NCBI GenBank assembly: GCA_040756555.1
Contig: JBFLYS010000006.1
Span: forward strand, 6,025-70,024
Direction of reading: 5' to 3'
Length of the DNA stretch: 64,000 nucleotides
Source of the DNA: Pseudomonadota bacterium
Lineage (GTDB): Bacteria; Pseudomonadota; Alphaproteobacteria; Rhizobiales; Xanthobacteraceae
Positions 52,646-62,502 of this stretch are shown piece after piece (position 1 is the first letter of the stretch; each line of letters starts with the position of its first letter). Made by a program: the position numbers and the translations under genes. Below the pieces are notes generated by a model that saw nothing but the letters and a program-made list of their open reading frames with translations, was not told where the DNA came from and did no database searches.

Positions 52646-53647
52646 ATGAAATCGCATCTCCTCGCCGCAACCGCCGCGCTGTCGCTCGCGCTCGCCGGGC
52701 CCGCGCTCGCGCAGTCGCCCATCGTCATCAAGTTCAGCCACGTCGTCGCTCCGGACACGCCGAAGGGCAAGGGCTCCGAGAAATTCAAGGAGCTCGCCGA
52801 GAAATATACGAACGGCAAAGTGAAGGTTGAGGTCTATCACAACTCCTCGCTCTACAAAGACAAGGAGGAGCTTGAGGCGCTTCAACTCGGTGCGGTGCAG
52901 ATGCTCGCGCCGTCGAACTCCAAGTTCGGTCCGATCGGCGTCAAGGAGTTCGAGGTGTTCGACCTCCCGCTCATCCTGTCGAACAAGCAGGAGCTTCGTC
53001 GTGTCACCGATGGCCCGCTCGGCAAGCGGCTGCTCAAGCTCCTTGAGCCCAAGGGCATGGTCGGTCTTGCTTACTGGGACAACGGCTTCAAGCTGATGAG
53101 CGCCAACAAGCCGCTCCGCAACCCGGAGGACTTCAAGGGCCTCAAGATGCGCATCCAGTCCTCCAAGGTGCTGGAACTTCAGATGCGCTCGCTCGGCGTG
53201 ATCCCGCAGGTGATGGCGTTCTCGGAGGTCTATCAGGCGCTGCAAACCGGCGTCGTGGACGGCCAGGAGAACACGCCGTCAAACATGTACACCCAGAAGA
53301 TGCACGAGGTGCAGAAGTACACGACGCTCTCCAACCACGGCTACATCGGCTACGTGGTCGTCGTGAACAAGAAGTTCTGGGATGGCCTGCCGGCTGATGT
53401 CCGTCCGCAGCTTGAGAAGGCGATGGCGGAGGCGACGATCTATTCCAACGACATCTCCGAGAAGGAAAACGCCGAGGCGCTGGACGAGATGAAGAAGTCC
53501 GGCAAGACCGAGCTGATTACGCTCACGCCTGCCCAGAAGGACGCGTGGAAGACGGCGCTGACGCCGGTTTACAAGGATGCCGAAGGCCGCGTCGGCAAGG
53601 CGCTGCTCGACGAGTTCGAGAAGGCCAAGGGCACCGCCACGAACTGA
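52646..53647 (+). CDS. dctP: TRAP transporter substrate-binding protein DctP (C4-dicarboxylate type)
   Basis: IKFSHVVAPDTPKG, LYKDKEELEALQLG, YWDNGFK, KMRIQSS, VDGQEN. Confidence 0.92.
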   Translation: MKSHLLAATAALSLALAGPALAQSPIVIKFSHVVAPDTPKGKGSEKFKELAEKYTNGKVKVEVYHNSSLYKDKEELEALQLGAVQMLAPSNSKFGPIGVKEFEVFDLPLILSNKQELRRVTDGPLGKRLLKLLEPKGMVGLAYWDNGFKLMSANKPLRNPEDFKGLKMRIQSSKVLELQMRSLGVIPQVMAFSEVYQALQTGVVDGQENTPSNMYTQKMHEVQKYTTLSNHGYIGYVVVVNKKFWDGLPADVRPQLEKAMAEATIYSNDISEKENAEALDEMKKSGKTELITLTPAQKDAWKTALTPVYKDAEGRVGKALLDEFEKAKGTATN

Positions 53648-53668
53648 TTCCGGTTACTCAAGCGTTCG

Positions 53669-53700
53669 CAGGGCGGCCTCCGGGCCGCCCTGTTGTTTTT
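53669..53700 (+). terminator. Intrinsic terminator after dctP
   Basis: cagggcggcc-tccg-ggccgccctg followed by ttgttttt. Confidence 0.85.
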
Positions 53701-53763
53701 GCAGCCGTCGCATTTGCGGACGGCTCTCGACAGACCGATCCGCCTTTGCGAAACAATCGGCCC

Positions 53764-55080
53764 ATGAACAGCTCATCGAACAACGCCTCCGCCCGCGACC
53801 GCCTCGAACAAGCCCTTGTCCGTATCGCCGATCCCAAAGGCGAGGGCGCCCGAGCCTGCCTCAATGTCTACGCCGAAGCTGCCCGCGCCGCAGCTGACGC
53901 CTCGGATGCGCGCCGCAAGTCCGGAACCTCGCTCGGCCCGCTCGATGGCGCCATCGTCTCGATTAAGGACCTGTTCGATGTGAAGGGTGAGGTCACTCGC
54001 GCCGGCTCGAAGATCCTCGCAGACGAGGGCAAGCCCGCGACCGCCGATGCGCCGGTCATTCAGCGGCTGCGTGCCGCCGGCGCGGTGATTGTCGCCAAGA
54101 CCAACATGAGCGAGTTCGCCTTCCACGGCATCGGCACCAATCCGCATTTTGGCACGCCGGGCAATCCGTGCGATCGCGCGCGAGCGCCGGGCGGCTCGAC
54201 CTCGGGCGGCGCCGTCGCCGTCGCCGACGGTATGTGCGAGATCGCGATCGGCAGCGACACCGGCGGCTCGACCCGCGCGCCGGCGGCGTTCTGCGGCATC
54301 GTTGGCTGGAAGCCGAGCCGCCAGCGCATTTCGACCGAGGGTGCGTTCCCGCTCTCGTTCTCGCTCGACTCCATCGGTCCGATGGCCATGAGCGTCGCCG
54401 ATTGCGCCAACACCGACGCGATCATGGCGGGTGAGACGCCGCGCCCCGTCGAGGCGGCGCCGCTCGCCGGATTGCGCTTCGGCATTCCGCAGGGCTTCCC
54501 GCTCGCCAATCTTGATGAAACGGTTACCGCCGCTTTCCAGGCCGCGTTGAAGACGCTGACCAAGGCTGGCGTGCGGCTGTCCGATGAGACCATCCCGCTG
54601 CTCGACGAGATGGTGCAGACCAATTCGCTCGGCGGCTTCGCGCCCGCTGAGGCCTATGCGATCCATCGCGAGCGGCTGAAGCGCCGCGGCAAGGACGTCG
54701 ATGCCAACGTCTATGCTCGCGTCTCCCGTGGCGAGACGATTTCCGCCGCGGACTATGTCGACATGAGCCAGATGCGCCGCCGCCTGGTCGCGGCGATGGA
54801 CGCGCGCCTGTCAGACTTCGATGCGCTCGTTCTGCCGACATGCCCCATCGTCGCGCCGCGCCTCGATGAGGTCACGACCGTCGAGACGTTCGGCCCGAAG
54901 AACATGCTGACGCTGCGCAACACCTCGACCGGAAACTTCTTCGATCTCTGCGCGGTCTCGTTGCCGATGCCGCGCGGCCGCAACGGGCTCGCCACGGGCT
55001 TGATGCTGTTCGGCCGCAACGGTCACGATGCGCGGCTGTTCCGCATCGCCGCCGCGGTTGAGAAGGCGCTCGCCGCCTAG
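53764..55080 (+). CDS. Amidase signature family protein
   Basis: SIKDLFD, KTNMSEFA, PGGSTSG, GSDTGGSTR. Confidence 0.92.
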   Translation: MNSSSNNASARDRLEQALVRIADPKGEGARACLNVYAEAARAAADASDARRKSGTSLGPLDGAIVSIKDLFDVKGEVTRAGSKILADEGKPATADAPVIQRLRAAGAVIVAKTNMSEFAFHGIGTNPHFGTPGNPCDRARAPGGSTSGGAVAVADGMCEIAIGSDTGGSTRAPAAFCGIVGWKPSRQRISTEGAFPLSFSLDSIGPMAMSVADCANTDAIMAGETPRPVEAAPLAGLRFGIPQGFPLANLDETVTAAFQAALKTLTKAGVRLSDETIPLLDEMVQTNSLGGFAPAEAYAIHRERLKRRGKDVDANVYARVSRGETISAADYVDMSQMRRRLVAAMDARLSDFDALVLPTCPIVAPRLDEVTTVETFGPKNMLTLRNTSTGNFFDLCAVSLPMPRGRNGLATGLMLFGRNGHDARLFRIAAAVEKALAA

Positions 55081-55094
55081 AGATTGAAACGAAT

Positions 55095-55169
55095 GTAGGG
55101 TGGGCTAAGCGAAGCGTGCACACCATTTTCTCCGGTGGGCTCGGCGCTTCGCGCCTTAGCCCACCCTGC
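55095..55169. repeat. GTAG-type REP doublet (REPIN-like)
   Basis: gtagggtgggctaag...cttagcccaccctgc inverted pair between convergent genes. Confidence 0.8.
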
Positions 55170-55173
55170 GATG

Positions 55174-55701
55174 TTAAACATCGAAGCCGCGCAGCGCCTC
55201 GATCATCATTTTGTGCGGCGCGGGCCCAAGCCGCTCGATCAGCCGCTCCTCGTGGACCATCACCAGCGCCTTGGCGCGTTTGAGAAGCTGATGGCCGGCC
55301 GGCGTCAGCTTCAGCACATGGGAGCGGCGGTCAGTGGTCGAGGGCAACCGCTGTGTCAGCTCACGCTTCTCCAGCCGGTCGAGCAGCCGCACCAGCCGTG
55401 CCCGCTCGATCCCGAGCCGCTGTGCCACGTCGGCCTGTGACAGCCCCTTGTTGCCGCCGATCACCGCCAGCACCGAAAATTCCGCCGGCCGCAGGTCGAG
55501 GCCGTCCAGCGTCCGGATGAAGTCCTGGAAAATCCAGATCTGGGCGCGCCGCAGGTAGTAGCCAAGATGGCCATCCAGCACGCCGAGGCTCGGCGTCTGT
55601 CCGTTGCGACGCTTCGGCGCAGGAGAGGGCATGTCCCCGCGCCCGCCTGCGCGCGGTTTGCCCTCGAAATCCGCCCGTCTTGTCGCGGTGCGGTCACCCA
55701 T
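55174..55701 (-). CDS. MarR family transcriptional regulator
   Basis: LGYYLRRAQ, SQADVAQRLGIERARLVRLLDRLE, DRRS.VLKLT; alternative start 55632. Confidence 0.92.
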   Translation of the reverse strand: MGDRTATRRADFEGKPRAGGRGDMPSPAPKRRNGQTPSLGVLDGHLGYYLRRAQIWIFQDFIRTLDGLDLRPAEFSVLAVIGGNKGLSQADVAQRLGIERARLVRLLDRLEKRELTQRLPSTTDRRSHVLKLTPAGHQLLKRAKALVMVHEERLIERLGPAPHKMMIEALRGFDV

Positions 55702-55783
55702 CGCAGCAATGGTCCTCCCGGCGTTTGTCCCGGCGCGCGGCTGGAAAACCGGTCGCCGGACGCCGCATTGATGTTGACGACAT

Positions 55784-55802
55784 TTGTTGTCCTAATCAAC
55801 AA
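55784..55802. promoter_or_regulatory. Putative MarR operator
   Basis: Palindrome TTGTTG-N7-CAACAA in the divergent intergenic region, just after a TTGACG -35-like hexamer (55774-55779). Confidence 0.6.
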
Positions 55803-55968
55803 TATCCGGAGGCGGCGGGTTGCGATCGTCCGGCCGGTCAACGGGACGCCGACGGGAGGCGCACCGTGAAATACCGGGCCATTGCATCCAGCACCGCAAC
55901 ATAAGAACAATAGCGGCAAGCCGCATTCTGGGGCACAAACCAGCCCCGCCGGGAGAGGGAGAACGTCC

Positions 55969-57231
55969 ATGAGCCGCCAAGAGCGCCGCAGCATTTCGCG
56001 TCACAACGTCACCCGCCGCAGCTTCGTCGCCGGTGCAGCCGCCTCCACGGCGCTGATCGCGGCGCCTTCGGTTGTCCGCGCACAAGGCGGCGCACTGAAG
56101 GTCGGCGTGATCCTGCCGCTGTCCGGCGTGCAGGCCGGCATCGGCCAGTCCTGCAAGCGCGGCGTCGACATCGCTCCTGCGCTTCTGAAGCAACTCGGCT
56201 ACACCCAGAACATCGAATTCACGGTCGTCGACTTCGAGACCAACGTGGACGTCGCGCGAGCGCGCGCCGAGCGCCTGATCGCCGATGGCTGCCACATGCT
56301 CTCCGGTCCGTTCGACTCCGGCGCTGCCGCCGCCATCTCCCAGGTCTGCGAGCAGAAGGGCGTGCCCTTCATGATCAACATCGCGGCCGCCCCGCAGATC
56401 ACCGAACAGGGCTACAAGTTCGTCTTCCGCAACTTCCAGACCGCGCCGCAGATCATCGGCCGCGGCCTCGCGCTCTATCCGCAGATATTCGAAGCAACTG
56501 GAAAGACGCCGAAGACCGCAGTGCTGATGCACATCAACGATACGTTCGGTCAGGCCAACAAGGCCGCCATCGACCGCATCTTCCCGACCATGAACATGCC
56601 GTTCAAGATCGTAGACTCGATCGCCTACGATCCGGCCGCGCGCGATCTTTCGGTCGAGGTTGCTAAGGCCAAGGCGACCGGCGCCGACATCCTGATGACC
56701 GTGACGCGGCTCAACGACGCCATCATCCTCGTCCGCGAGATGGTGAAGCAGCGCTGGGAGCCGATGGGTGTCATCAGCCCCGGTGCGCCGGGCATGTACG
56801 AGCAGCAATTCCTCGACACCATGGGCAAGTACGGCGACCACATCATCACGACGATCCCGTGGGCGAACCCGAAATCCGATCTGACCAAGATGGCGGCAGC
56901 CGAATTCAAGAAGGTGACGCCGAATGACAAGCTGCCCGGCCATATCTTCAACATCGGCTTCACTTTCGAAGCCCTGATGGTCTGCGCCGACGCACACAAG
57001 CGCGCGAACTCGACCAGCGGTCAGGCTCTGGCGGAAGCCATGCGCACGACCAAGATCGAGAAGCGCATTATGGCCGGCGGTCCGATCGAGTTCGACGCCA
57101 AGGGGCAGTGCAACACCATCGCGTCCATCGTCCTGCAAAACCGCGGCGGCGTGCCGACCGTGGTGCTGCCGAAGGATGTTTCCGAAGCCAACCCGGTGTT
57201 CCCGATGCCGGGCTGGAACCAGCGCACCTGA
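55969..57231 (+). CDS. ABC transporter substrate-binding protein (LivJ-like), Tat signal
   Basis: TRRSFV twin-arginine motif, LKVGVILPLSG, NDTFG; gggaga RBS. Confidence 0.9.
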   Translation: MSRQERRSISRHNVTRRSFVAGAAASTALIAAPSVVRAQGGALKVGVILPLSGVQAGIGQSCKRGVDIAPALLKQLGYTQNIEFTVVDFETNVDVARARAERLIADGCHMLSGPFDSGAAAAISQVCEQKGVPFMINIAAAPQITEQGYKFVFRNFQTAPQIIGRGLALYPQIFEATGKTPKTAVLMHINDTFGQANKAAIDRIFPTMNMPFKIVDSIAYDPAARDLSVEVAKAKATGADILMTVTRLNDAIILVREMVKQRWEPMGVISPGAPGMYEQQFLDTMGKYGDHIITTIPWANPKSDLTKMAAAEFKKVTPNDKLPGHIFNIGFTFEALMVCADAHKRANSTSGQALAEAMRTTKIEKRIMAGGPIEFDAKGQCNTIASIVLQNRGGVPTVVLPKDVSEANPVFPMPGWNQRT

Positions 57232-57264
57232 TCGACGCGCCGAAGGAGTAGCGCCGCCAGCGTC

Positions 57265-58140
57265 ATGCCGCCGACCGAGCTCATTCTCAATGTTGCCGTC
57301 GGCGGCGTCCTGACCGGCCTGATCTACGGGCTGATGGCGCTCGGCCTGTCGGTCATCTATGGCGTCATCCGCGTCGTCAATTTCGCCCATGGTGAGATGA
57401 TGACGATTGCGATGTTCATCGCGGTGGTGGCTTTCTCCACGTTCCAGGTCGATCCGCTGGTGATGATCGTGCCAATCGCGATCGTGCTGTTTGCGCTTGG
57501 CTATGTGATGCAAGCGGGATTGATCAATCCCTTCATCAATCGGCCCGAGCATAGCCAGTTCATTCTGCTCGTCGCGGTGGCCATCATCATGGTCAACGTG
57601 CTGTTGCTGATCTTCGGGCCGGATGCCAAGGGTGTGCAGACGTCGTATTCGCTCGATAGCTTCCTGCTCGGCCCGCTCGTCATCGATGCCACCAAGTTCT
57701 ACGCGGGAGCGGCAGCCATCGCAGTTGCCATCATTCTGTTTGCGTTCTTTCAGTTTGCGCCGGTCGGCAAGGCGATCCGCGCCTGTGCCGACAACTACAC
57801 CGGCGCGCTGGTGGTCGGGCTCGACGTGAAGCAGCTCTACGCGCTCACCTTCGGCATTGGGGCGGCCTGCGTCGGAGCGGCAGGTTCGATCCTCATTCTC
57901 ATCATCGACGTGACGCCGCAGATCGGCCCAGCCTATACGCTCCTGGCCTTCGTCATCGTCATCACCGGCGGTCTGGGCTCGATGCCCGGCGCGCTGGTCG
58001 GCGGCATCCTGATCGGCCTCACCGAAGCGCTCGCCGGTCTGTTCTTCACGCCGTCGGCCAAGAGCATGTTCGCCTTCGGCATCCTCGTGCTGGTCCTGCT
58101 GTTCCGGCCTGAGGGCATTCTCGGACGGAAGGCGTCATGA
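57265..58140 (+). CDS. Branched-chain-type ABC permease (LivH-like)
   Basis: GLSVIYGVIRVVNFAHGE, GGLGSMPGA, LFRPEG. Confidence 0.92.
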   Translation: MPPTELILNVAVGGVLTGLIYGLMALGLSVIYGVIRVVNFAHGEMMTIAMFIAVVAFSTFQVDPLVMIVPIAIVLFALGYVMQAGLINPFINRPEHSQFILLVAVAIIMVNVLLLIFGPDAKGVQTSYSLDSFLLGPLVIDATKFYAGAAAIAVAIILFAFFQFAPVGKAIRACADNYTGALVVGLDVKQLYALTFGIGAACVGAAGSILILIIDVTPQIGPAYTLLAFVIVITGGLGSMPGALVGGILIGLTEALAGLFFTPSAKSMFAFGILVLVLLFRPEGILGRKAS

Positions 58141-59153
58141 AGGGCGCGTTGTTCGAGGGAGTCTCGCGCCGCGCGCTGATCTTGCTCGCCGTTTTGCTGA
58201 CGGCGCTGCTGATCGCGCCTGCTCTGCTCAATGACTATCTCGTTACCGTGCTCATCCTCATCCTCTACTTCGCCTACACCGGGCAGGCGTGGAACGTGAT
58301 GATGGGGTTCGCGGGACAGCTCTCTCTCGGTCACGCGCTCTATGTCGGGCTCGGCGCCTATGCCGCGGCCACGCTGTTCACGCGCTACGGCGTGACGCCA
58401 TGGATTGGTATGATCGCCGCCGTCGCGATCTCGTCGCTGGTTGGCGCGATCCTCGGTTTCCTTGCATTCCGCTTTCGGGTCGGCGGCGTCTATTTCGCGA
58501 TTCTGACGATTGCCTTTGCGGAGTTCGCGCGCATCGGCTTTGACCACTTCTCTTACGTGGGCGGTTCGGGCGGTCTGTTCCTGCCGGTGCAGAGCTACAG
58601 CCAGAGCGACTTGCTCAATCTGCGCGGCCGTCCGGTGATGTTCTATTACCTGATCCTGACGTTGACCGTTCTCGCCTTCATCGGTTGCCGCCTGCTTCTC
58701 CGCAGCCGCATCGGTTATTGCTGGCTCGCGATCCGCGAGGACGAGCAGGCCGCTCGTGCGCTCGGCATCGACACGTTCCGCTACAAGATGATCGCGGTCG
58801 TGCTGTCGTCGGGCATGACCTCGATCGCCGGTGTGTTCTTCGCGTTCTATTACAACAATCTGTTTCCCGAGCAGATCTTCCACATCTCGCGTTCCATCGA
58901 ACTGATCCTTGCGCCGATCATCGGCGGCATCGGCACGCTGTTCGGCCCGATCCTCGGTGCGTTCCTGCTCACCGGGCTCGCCGAAAGCATCTTTGAAATG
59001 CTGTCGGCCTTTGGCTGGACGCCGCCCGGCGCGCGGCAGGTGTTCTACGGCATCTGTCTGCTGGTTGTCGTGATGGTGCTGCCGGATGGCGTCTGGCCGC
59101 CGCTCGCCCGCGCGCTCGGCATCGACAAGAACTCCGGCAAGAGGAAGCCCTGA
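58137..59153 (+). CDS. Branched-chain-type ABC permease (LivM-like)
   Basis: GFAGQLSLGHA, YFAILTIAF, AIREDEQAA, IIGGIGT. Confidence 0.92.
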   Translation: MKGALFEGVSRRALILLAVLLTALLIAPALLNDYLVTVLILILYFAYTGQAWNVMMGFAGQLSLGHALYVGLGAYAAATLFTRYGVTPWIGMIAAVAISSLVGAILGFLAFRFRVGGVYFAILTIAFAEFARIGFDHFSYVGGSGGLFLPVQSYSQSDLLNLRGRPVMFYYLILTLTVLAFIGCRLLLRSRIGYCWLAIREDEQAARALGIDTFRYKMIAVVLSSGMTSIAGVFFAFYYNNLFPEQIFHISRSIELILAPIIGGIGTLFGPILGAFLLTGLAESIFEMLSAFGWTPPGARQVFYGICLLVVVMVLPDGVWPPLARALGIDKNSGKRKP

Positions 59154-59154
59154 C

Positions 59155-59880
59155 ATGGCGATCCTCGACGTCGCGGGTCTATCCAAATCCTTCGGCGGTC
59201 TGCGCGCCGTCTCCGATGTGACTTTCTCGGTGCCGGAGGGCTCGATCTTCGCGGTCATCGGCCCGAACGGCGCGGGCAAGACCACGCTGTTCAACTTGAT
59301 CGCAGGCGTAATGCCGCCGGACGGTGGTCGCATCATCTTCGCCAGCGAACGCATCGACGGGCTCACGCCCGACAAGATCTGCCGCCGCGGCATCGGCCGC
59401 ACGTTCCAGATCGTGCGGCCGTTCCCCGGTCTCACCGTCGAGGACAACGTGATCGTCGGTGCGCTGCTGCGCCGTCCGGACGTGCCGTCGGCGACGCGCC
59501 ACGCGCACGATGTTTTGGCGCGGCTCGATCTCCACGACAAGCGGCATCAGCTCGCGGCGTCGCTCACGCTTCCGGACAGGAAGCGCCTTGAAGTGGCGCG
59601 TGCGCTCGCGACCGATCCCAAGCTTCTGTTGCTCGATGAGGTGATGGCGGGCCTGCGCCCGACCGAGACCGACCGCATGGTCGAGATTCTTATCAAGCTC
59701 AACAAGGAGAGCGGCCTCACCATTCTCCTGATCGAGCACGTCATGCGTGCGGTGATGTCGCTCGCCTCGCGCATCCTCGTGCTGCATCACGGCGCGCCGA
59801 TTGCCGAAGGTCTGCCGGCCGATGTGACGCGCAACCCCGAGGTGGTGAAGTCTTATCTTGGCGCCGAGGCGCTCGGCTGA
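59155..59880 (+). CDS. ABC ATP-binding protein (LivG-like)
   Basis: KSFGGL, GPNGAGKT, RTFQ, LLLDE, IEHVM. Confidence 0.93.
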   Translation: MAILDVAGLSKSFGGLRAVSDVTFSVPEGSIFAVIGPNGAGKTTLFNLIAGVMPPDGGRIIFASERIDGLTPDKICRRGIGRTFQIVRPFPGLTVEDNVIVGALLRRPDVPSATRHAHDVLARLDLHDKRHQLAASLTLPDRKRLEVARALATDPKLLLLDEVMAGLRPTETDRMVEILIKLNKESGLTILLIEHVMRAVMSLASRILVLHHGAPIAEGLPADVTRNPEVVKSYLGAEALG

Positions 59881-60584
59881 TGCTCACGATCGAAAAGCTC
59901 GACGTGTTCTATGGCGACGCGCAGGCGCTCGACGGCGTGTCGCTGACGGTCGAGCAGGGCGGCATCGTCGCCATCGTCGGCGCCAATGGCGCGGGGAAGA
60001 CCTCGCTCATCCGCGCCATCGCCGGCATGGTGCGCCCGGCGGCAGGCCGGGTCGTGTTGCGCGGAACCAACATCGCGGGACTGCCGACGCACAAGATTTG
60101 CGATCTCGGCATCGGTCAGGTCGCCGAAGGCCGCCAAGTCTTTCCGACCATGACGGTGCAAGAAAATCTGGAGATGGGCGCACTGTTGCCGCGTGCGCGG
60201 GCGCACAAGGCAAAGAACCTCGAGCGGATGTTCGCGATGTTTCCGGTGCTGTCGGAGCGCAGCGGGCAGGCGGCGGGCACGCTCTCCGGCGGCGAGCAGC
60301 AGATGCTTGCGATCAGCCGTTGCCTGATGGGCCAGCCGGACCTCGTGATGTTCGACGAACCCTCGCTCGGTCTCTCGCCCGCGGTGACGCAGGCGATGCT
60401 TCAGACCATCCGCGACCTCAACCGCGACGGTCTTACCTGTGTTCTCGTCGAGCAGAACGTCGCGGTGTCGCTGCGTCTGGCCAGCAGGGCTTACGTGCTG
60501 GAGAACGGCCGGATCACATTGTCCGGCACCGGCGATGAATTGCTCGCCGACGACCGCGTCCGCAAAGCCTATCTCGGAATGTAA
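59880..60584 (+). CDS. ABC ATP-binding protein (LivF-like)
   Basis: GANGAGKT, LSGGEQQM, DEPSLGL, VEQN. Confidence 0.93.
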   Translation: MLTIEKLDVFYGDAQALDGVSLTVEQGGIVAIVGANGAGKTSLIRAIAGMVRPAAGRVVLRGTNIAGLPTHKICDLGIGQVAEGRQVFPTMTVQENLEMGALLPRARAHKAKNLERMFAMFPVLSERSGQAAGTLSGGEQQMLAISRCLMGQPDLVMFDEPSLGLSPAVTQAMLQTIRDLNRDGLTCVLVEQNVAVSLRLASRAYVLENGRITLSGTGDELLADDRVRKAYLGM

Positions 60585-60599
60585 CCGGCTACCTTGCGC

Positions 60600-60827
60600 T
60601 TATTTGGCTTGGATCGCGTTCAGCGCCGCCACCCGAACCGAGAGCGGCGCATCCGGAAACGCCTGCCGCAGCTCGTGCAGCATCTCCGATGTGGAACGTC
60701 CGCCCGCCGCGGCGAGCTTTGCCACCAGCGCGCGGGCCAGTTCTGCATCAGAACATGATGAAGTTTGAGTCGCGCTGCCCACCAAAGCGGCATCTGCGAG
60801 CGAAGAGAGCGTCGTCACGGCGTTCAT
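60600..60827 (-). CDS. Small hypothetical helical protein
   Basis: 75 aa in an intergenic gap; LHELRQAFPDAPLSVRVAAL looks protein-like; start uncertain. Confidence 0.5.
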   Translation of the reverse strand: MNAVTTLSSLADAALVGSATQTSSCSDAELARALVAKLAAAGGRSTSEMLHELRQAFPDAPLSVRVAALNAIQAK

Positions 60828-60954
60828 GCGAATCACCATCAAGCTGCAAGCTAAGTGCAACGCGATGAGTGTGCCAGTGTTCCATTAACGGTTTGCTGAC
60901 GACGATGGTGCCGTGATGCTCCGGAGTCACACCGCGTCGCGCCGGGTCGTCAAG

Positions 60955-62112
60955 TCAGGCTTGCAAAGGGCGGAGCGTCAGCGCGCCAACCGTTGCATCT
61001 GCCGTATCGGAGGCAGGCGACCGGGTTTTTGACTCGGGACGCCGTGTCAGTTTTTGCAGGCCCCGCCGCGCCAGCCGCTGGCCGGGTCGGTCGACATATT
61101 TCCATGTCGCCCAGGACAGCGTCACCATCAGACTCACGATCGCTCCGACAAGTACGGCCGGGTGGCCTACAAGCTCTTTAAGACGGAGGAAGACCAGATA
61201 GCCGATCTGCTGATGCAGCAAATACAGCGGATAGGTCAAGCCACCGATCGCAACGATCAGATAGGGCGGTAGCGGTATGCGTCGGATCCGCATCCCGAGC
61301 ATCGTCACGATAATGGCGCCGAGCGAGATCGCCGCGACGACCCAATTGTTGTAGTCGCCGCCCAGATGTTCGCGGAACCAGGCGACGTTCCGGACCGCCG
61401 ACAGCACCGCGCAGATCGCGGCGAATGCGAGCGTCCATTGCACCGCTGCGCGCTGCCGCCCGGCATAGAGTTCGTAGAGCAGGAGGCCTGATGCGAAGAA
61501 TCCGCTCTGATCCGTCAGCAAGAGCTTGCGGACCACGTGCGAGCCTATGAATGCCTCGTTGACCATGGATAGCGCGATCCAGACCAGCACCGTCACGCAG
61601 AGATGCCGCTGGAACAACCCGCTGAGCATCAGCAGATACACCCACGCATAGAACGTGAGCTCGAGCATGATGGTCCAGTACACGCTGTCGACGTAAGGCT
61701 GTTTGAGCGCGGGCGCCGCGATGATGAGGTTTGCCGCCCATTGGTGCAGGTTGGACTGGAACTCCGGAGCGCCGAACGCGACCGTCAGAACGAACGTGAC
61801 GGACATGCAGAACAGGAAGGCAGGATAGATGCGGGAGACGCGTGCGATCACAAAATCGGACGCCGACCGGCCATCGGCGGTGAACGCGATCGCAAAGCCG
61901 CTGATCACGAAGAACAGTTGCACCCCGAGATAGCCGTACTTCGCCACTTCGCCGATGTCGGGCAGCGCTATATGGTGCGTGCCGTTGCTGGTCGGGCCGT
62001 TGAAGCCGAAGTGATAGGCGATTACGCCGATTACCGCGACCATTCGCAGAAGATCGAGCGCCTCCACGCGCCGCGCGTTTTCGGCGCCGTGTACAACGTC
62101 ATGGATCTGCAT
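60955..62112 (-). CDS. Acyltransferase family 3 (OafA-like O-acetyltransferase)
   Basis: LDLLR, GVQLFFVISGF, RVSRIYP, YWTIMLELTFY, TYPLYLLH. Confidence 0.9.
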   Translation of the reverse strand: MQIHDVVHGAENARRVEALDLLRMVAVIGVIAYHFGFNGPTSNGTHHIALPDIGEVAKYGYLGVQLFFVISGFAIAFTADGRSASDFVIARVSRIYPAFLFCMSVTFVLTVAFGAPEFQSNLHQWAANLIIAAPALKQPYVDSVYWTIMLELTFYAWVYLLMLSGLFQRHLCVTVLVWIALSMVNEAFIGSHVVRKLLLTDQSGFFASGLLLYELYAGRQRAAVQWTLAFAAICAVLSAVRNVAWFREHLGGDYNNWVVAAISLGAIIVTMLGMRIRRIPLPPYLIVAIGGLTYPLYLLHQQIGYLVFLRLKELVGHPAVLVGAIVSLMVTLSWATWKYVDRPGQRLARRGLQKLTRRPESKTRSPASDTADATVGALTLRPLQA

Positions 62113-62444
62113 CGCAAACTCCCCATGTTGAGGGGTTCACGGGTCTCGTCGTGCCGGCGGTCCCGCCGATCGGAGCCATGAAGGGACCGTGCGGCGTCTG
62201 ACAGGATCGGCGGCGTGCGACGATGGTGAACCACCGCCACCGCATCGATCTTCCCGCGCATATGCGCCGGAAAATCCGGAGCGGGCGGTTGGGGGGCACG
62301 CCTCCGATCTGGAAGGTGGCGCTCTCTCGTTGAGCTGCGTCCGCGTCCGATGCTGACGATATGCTCATTTCACGGGTGCGCAACGGAGATTGGATTTCAC
62401 CATTAAACGGTGCGGACGGTCGTATTAACGATCGCCGTTAGTAC

Positions 62445-62479
62445 AAAGAAAAAGCCCGCCGGTATTCCCGGCGGGCTTT
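62445..62479 (-). terminator. Intrinsic terminator after the FAH-family gene
   Basis: aaagcccgccgg-N5-ccggcgggcttt stem with an A-tract on the + strand (U-tract on the - strand). Confidence 0.8.
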
Positions 62480-62502
62480 CGATTTCAACCTGTCGGCTAA
62501 GA

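Noticed and set aside
55792-57552. 586-aa minus-strand ORF opposite the ABC binding protein
   Set aside because: Antisense shadow ORF.
60885-60900. ttaacggtttgctgac as a CtrA site upstream of the small ORF
   Set aside because: Only one half-site matches well; too weak to call.
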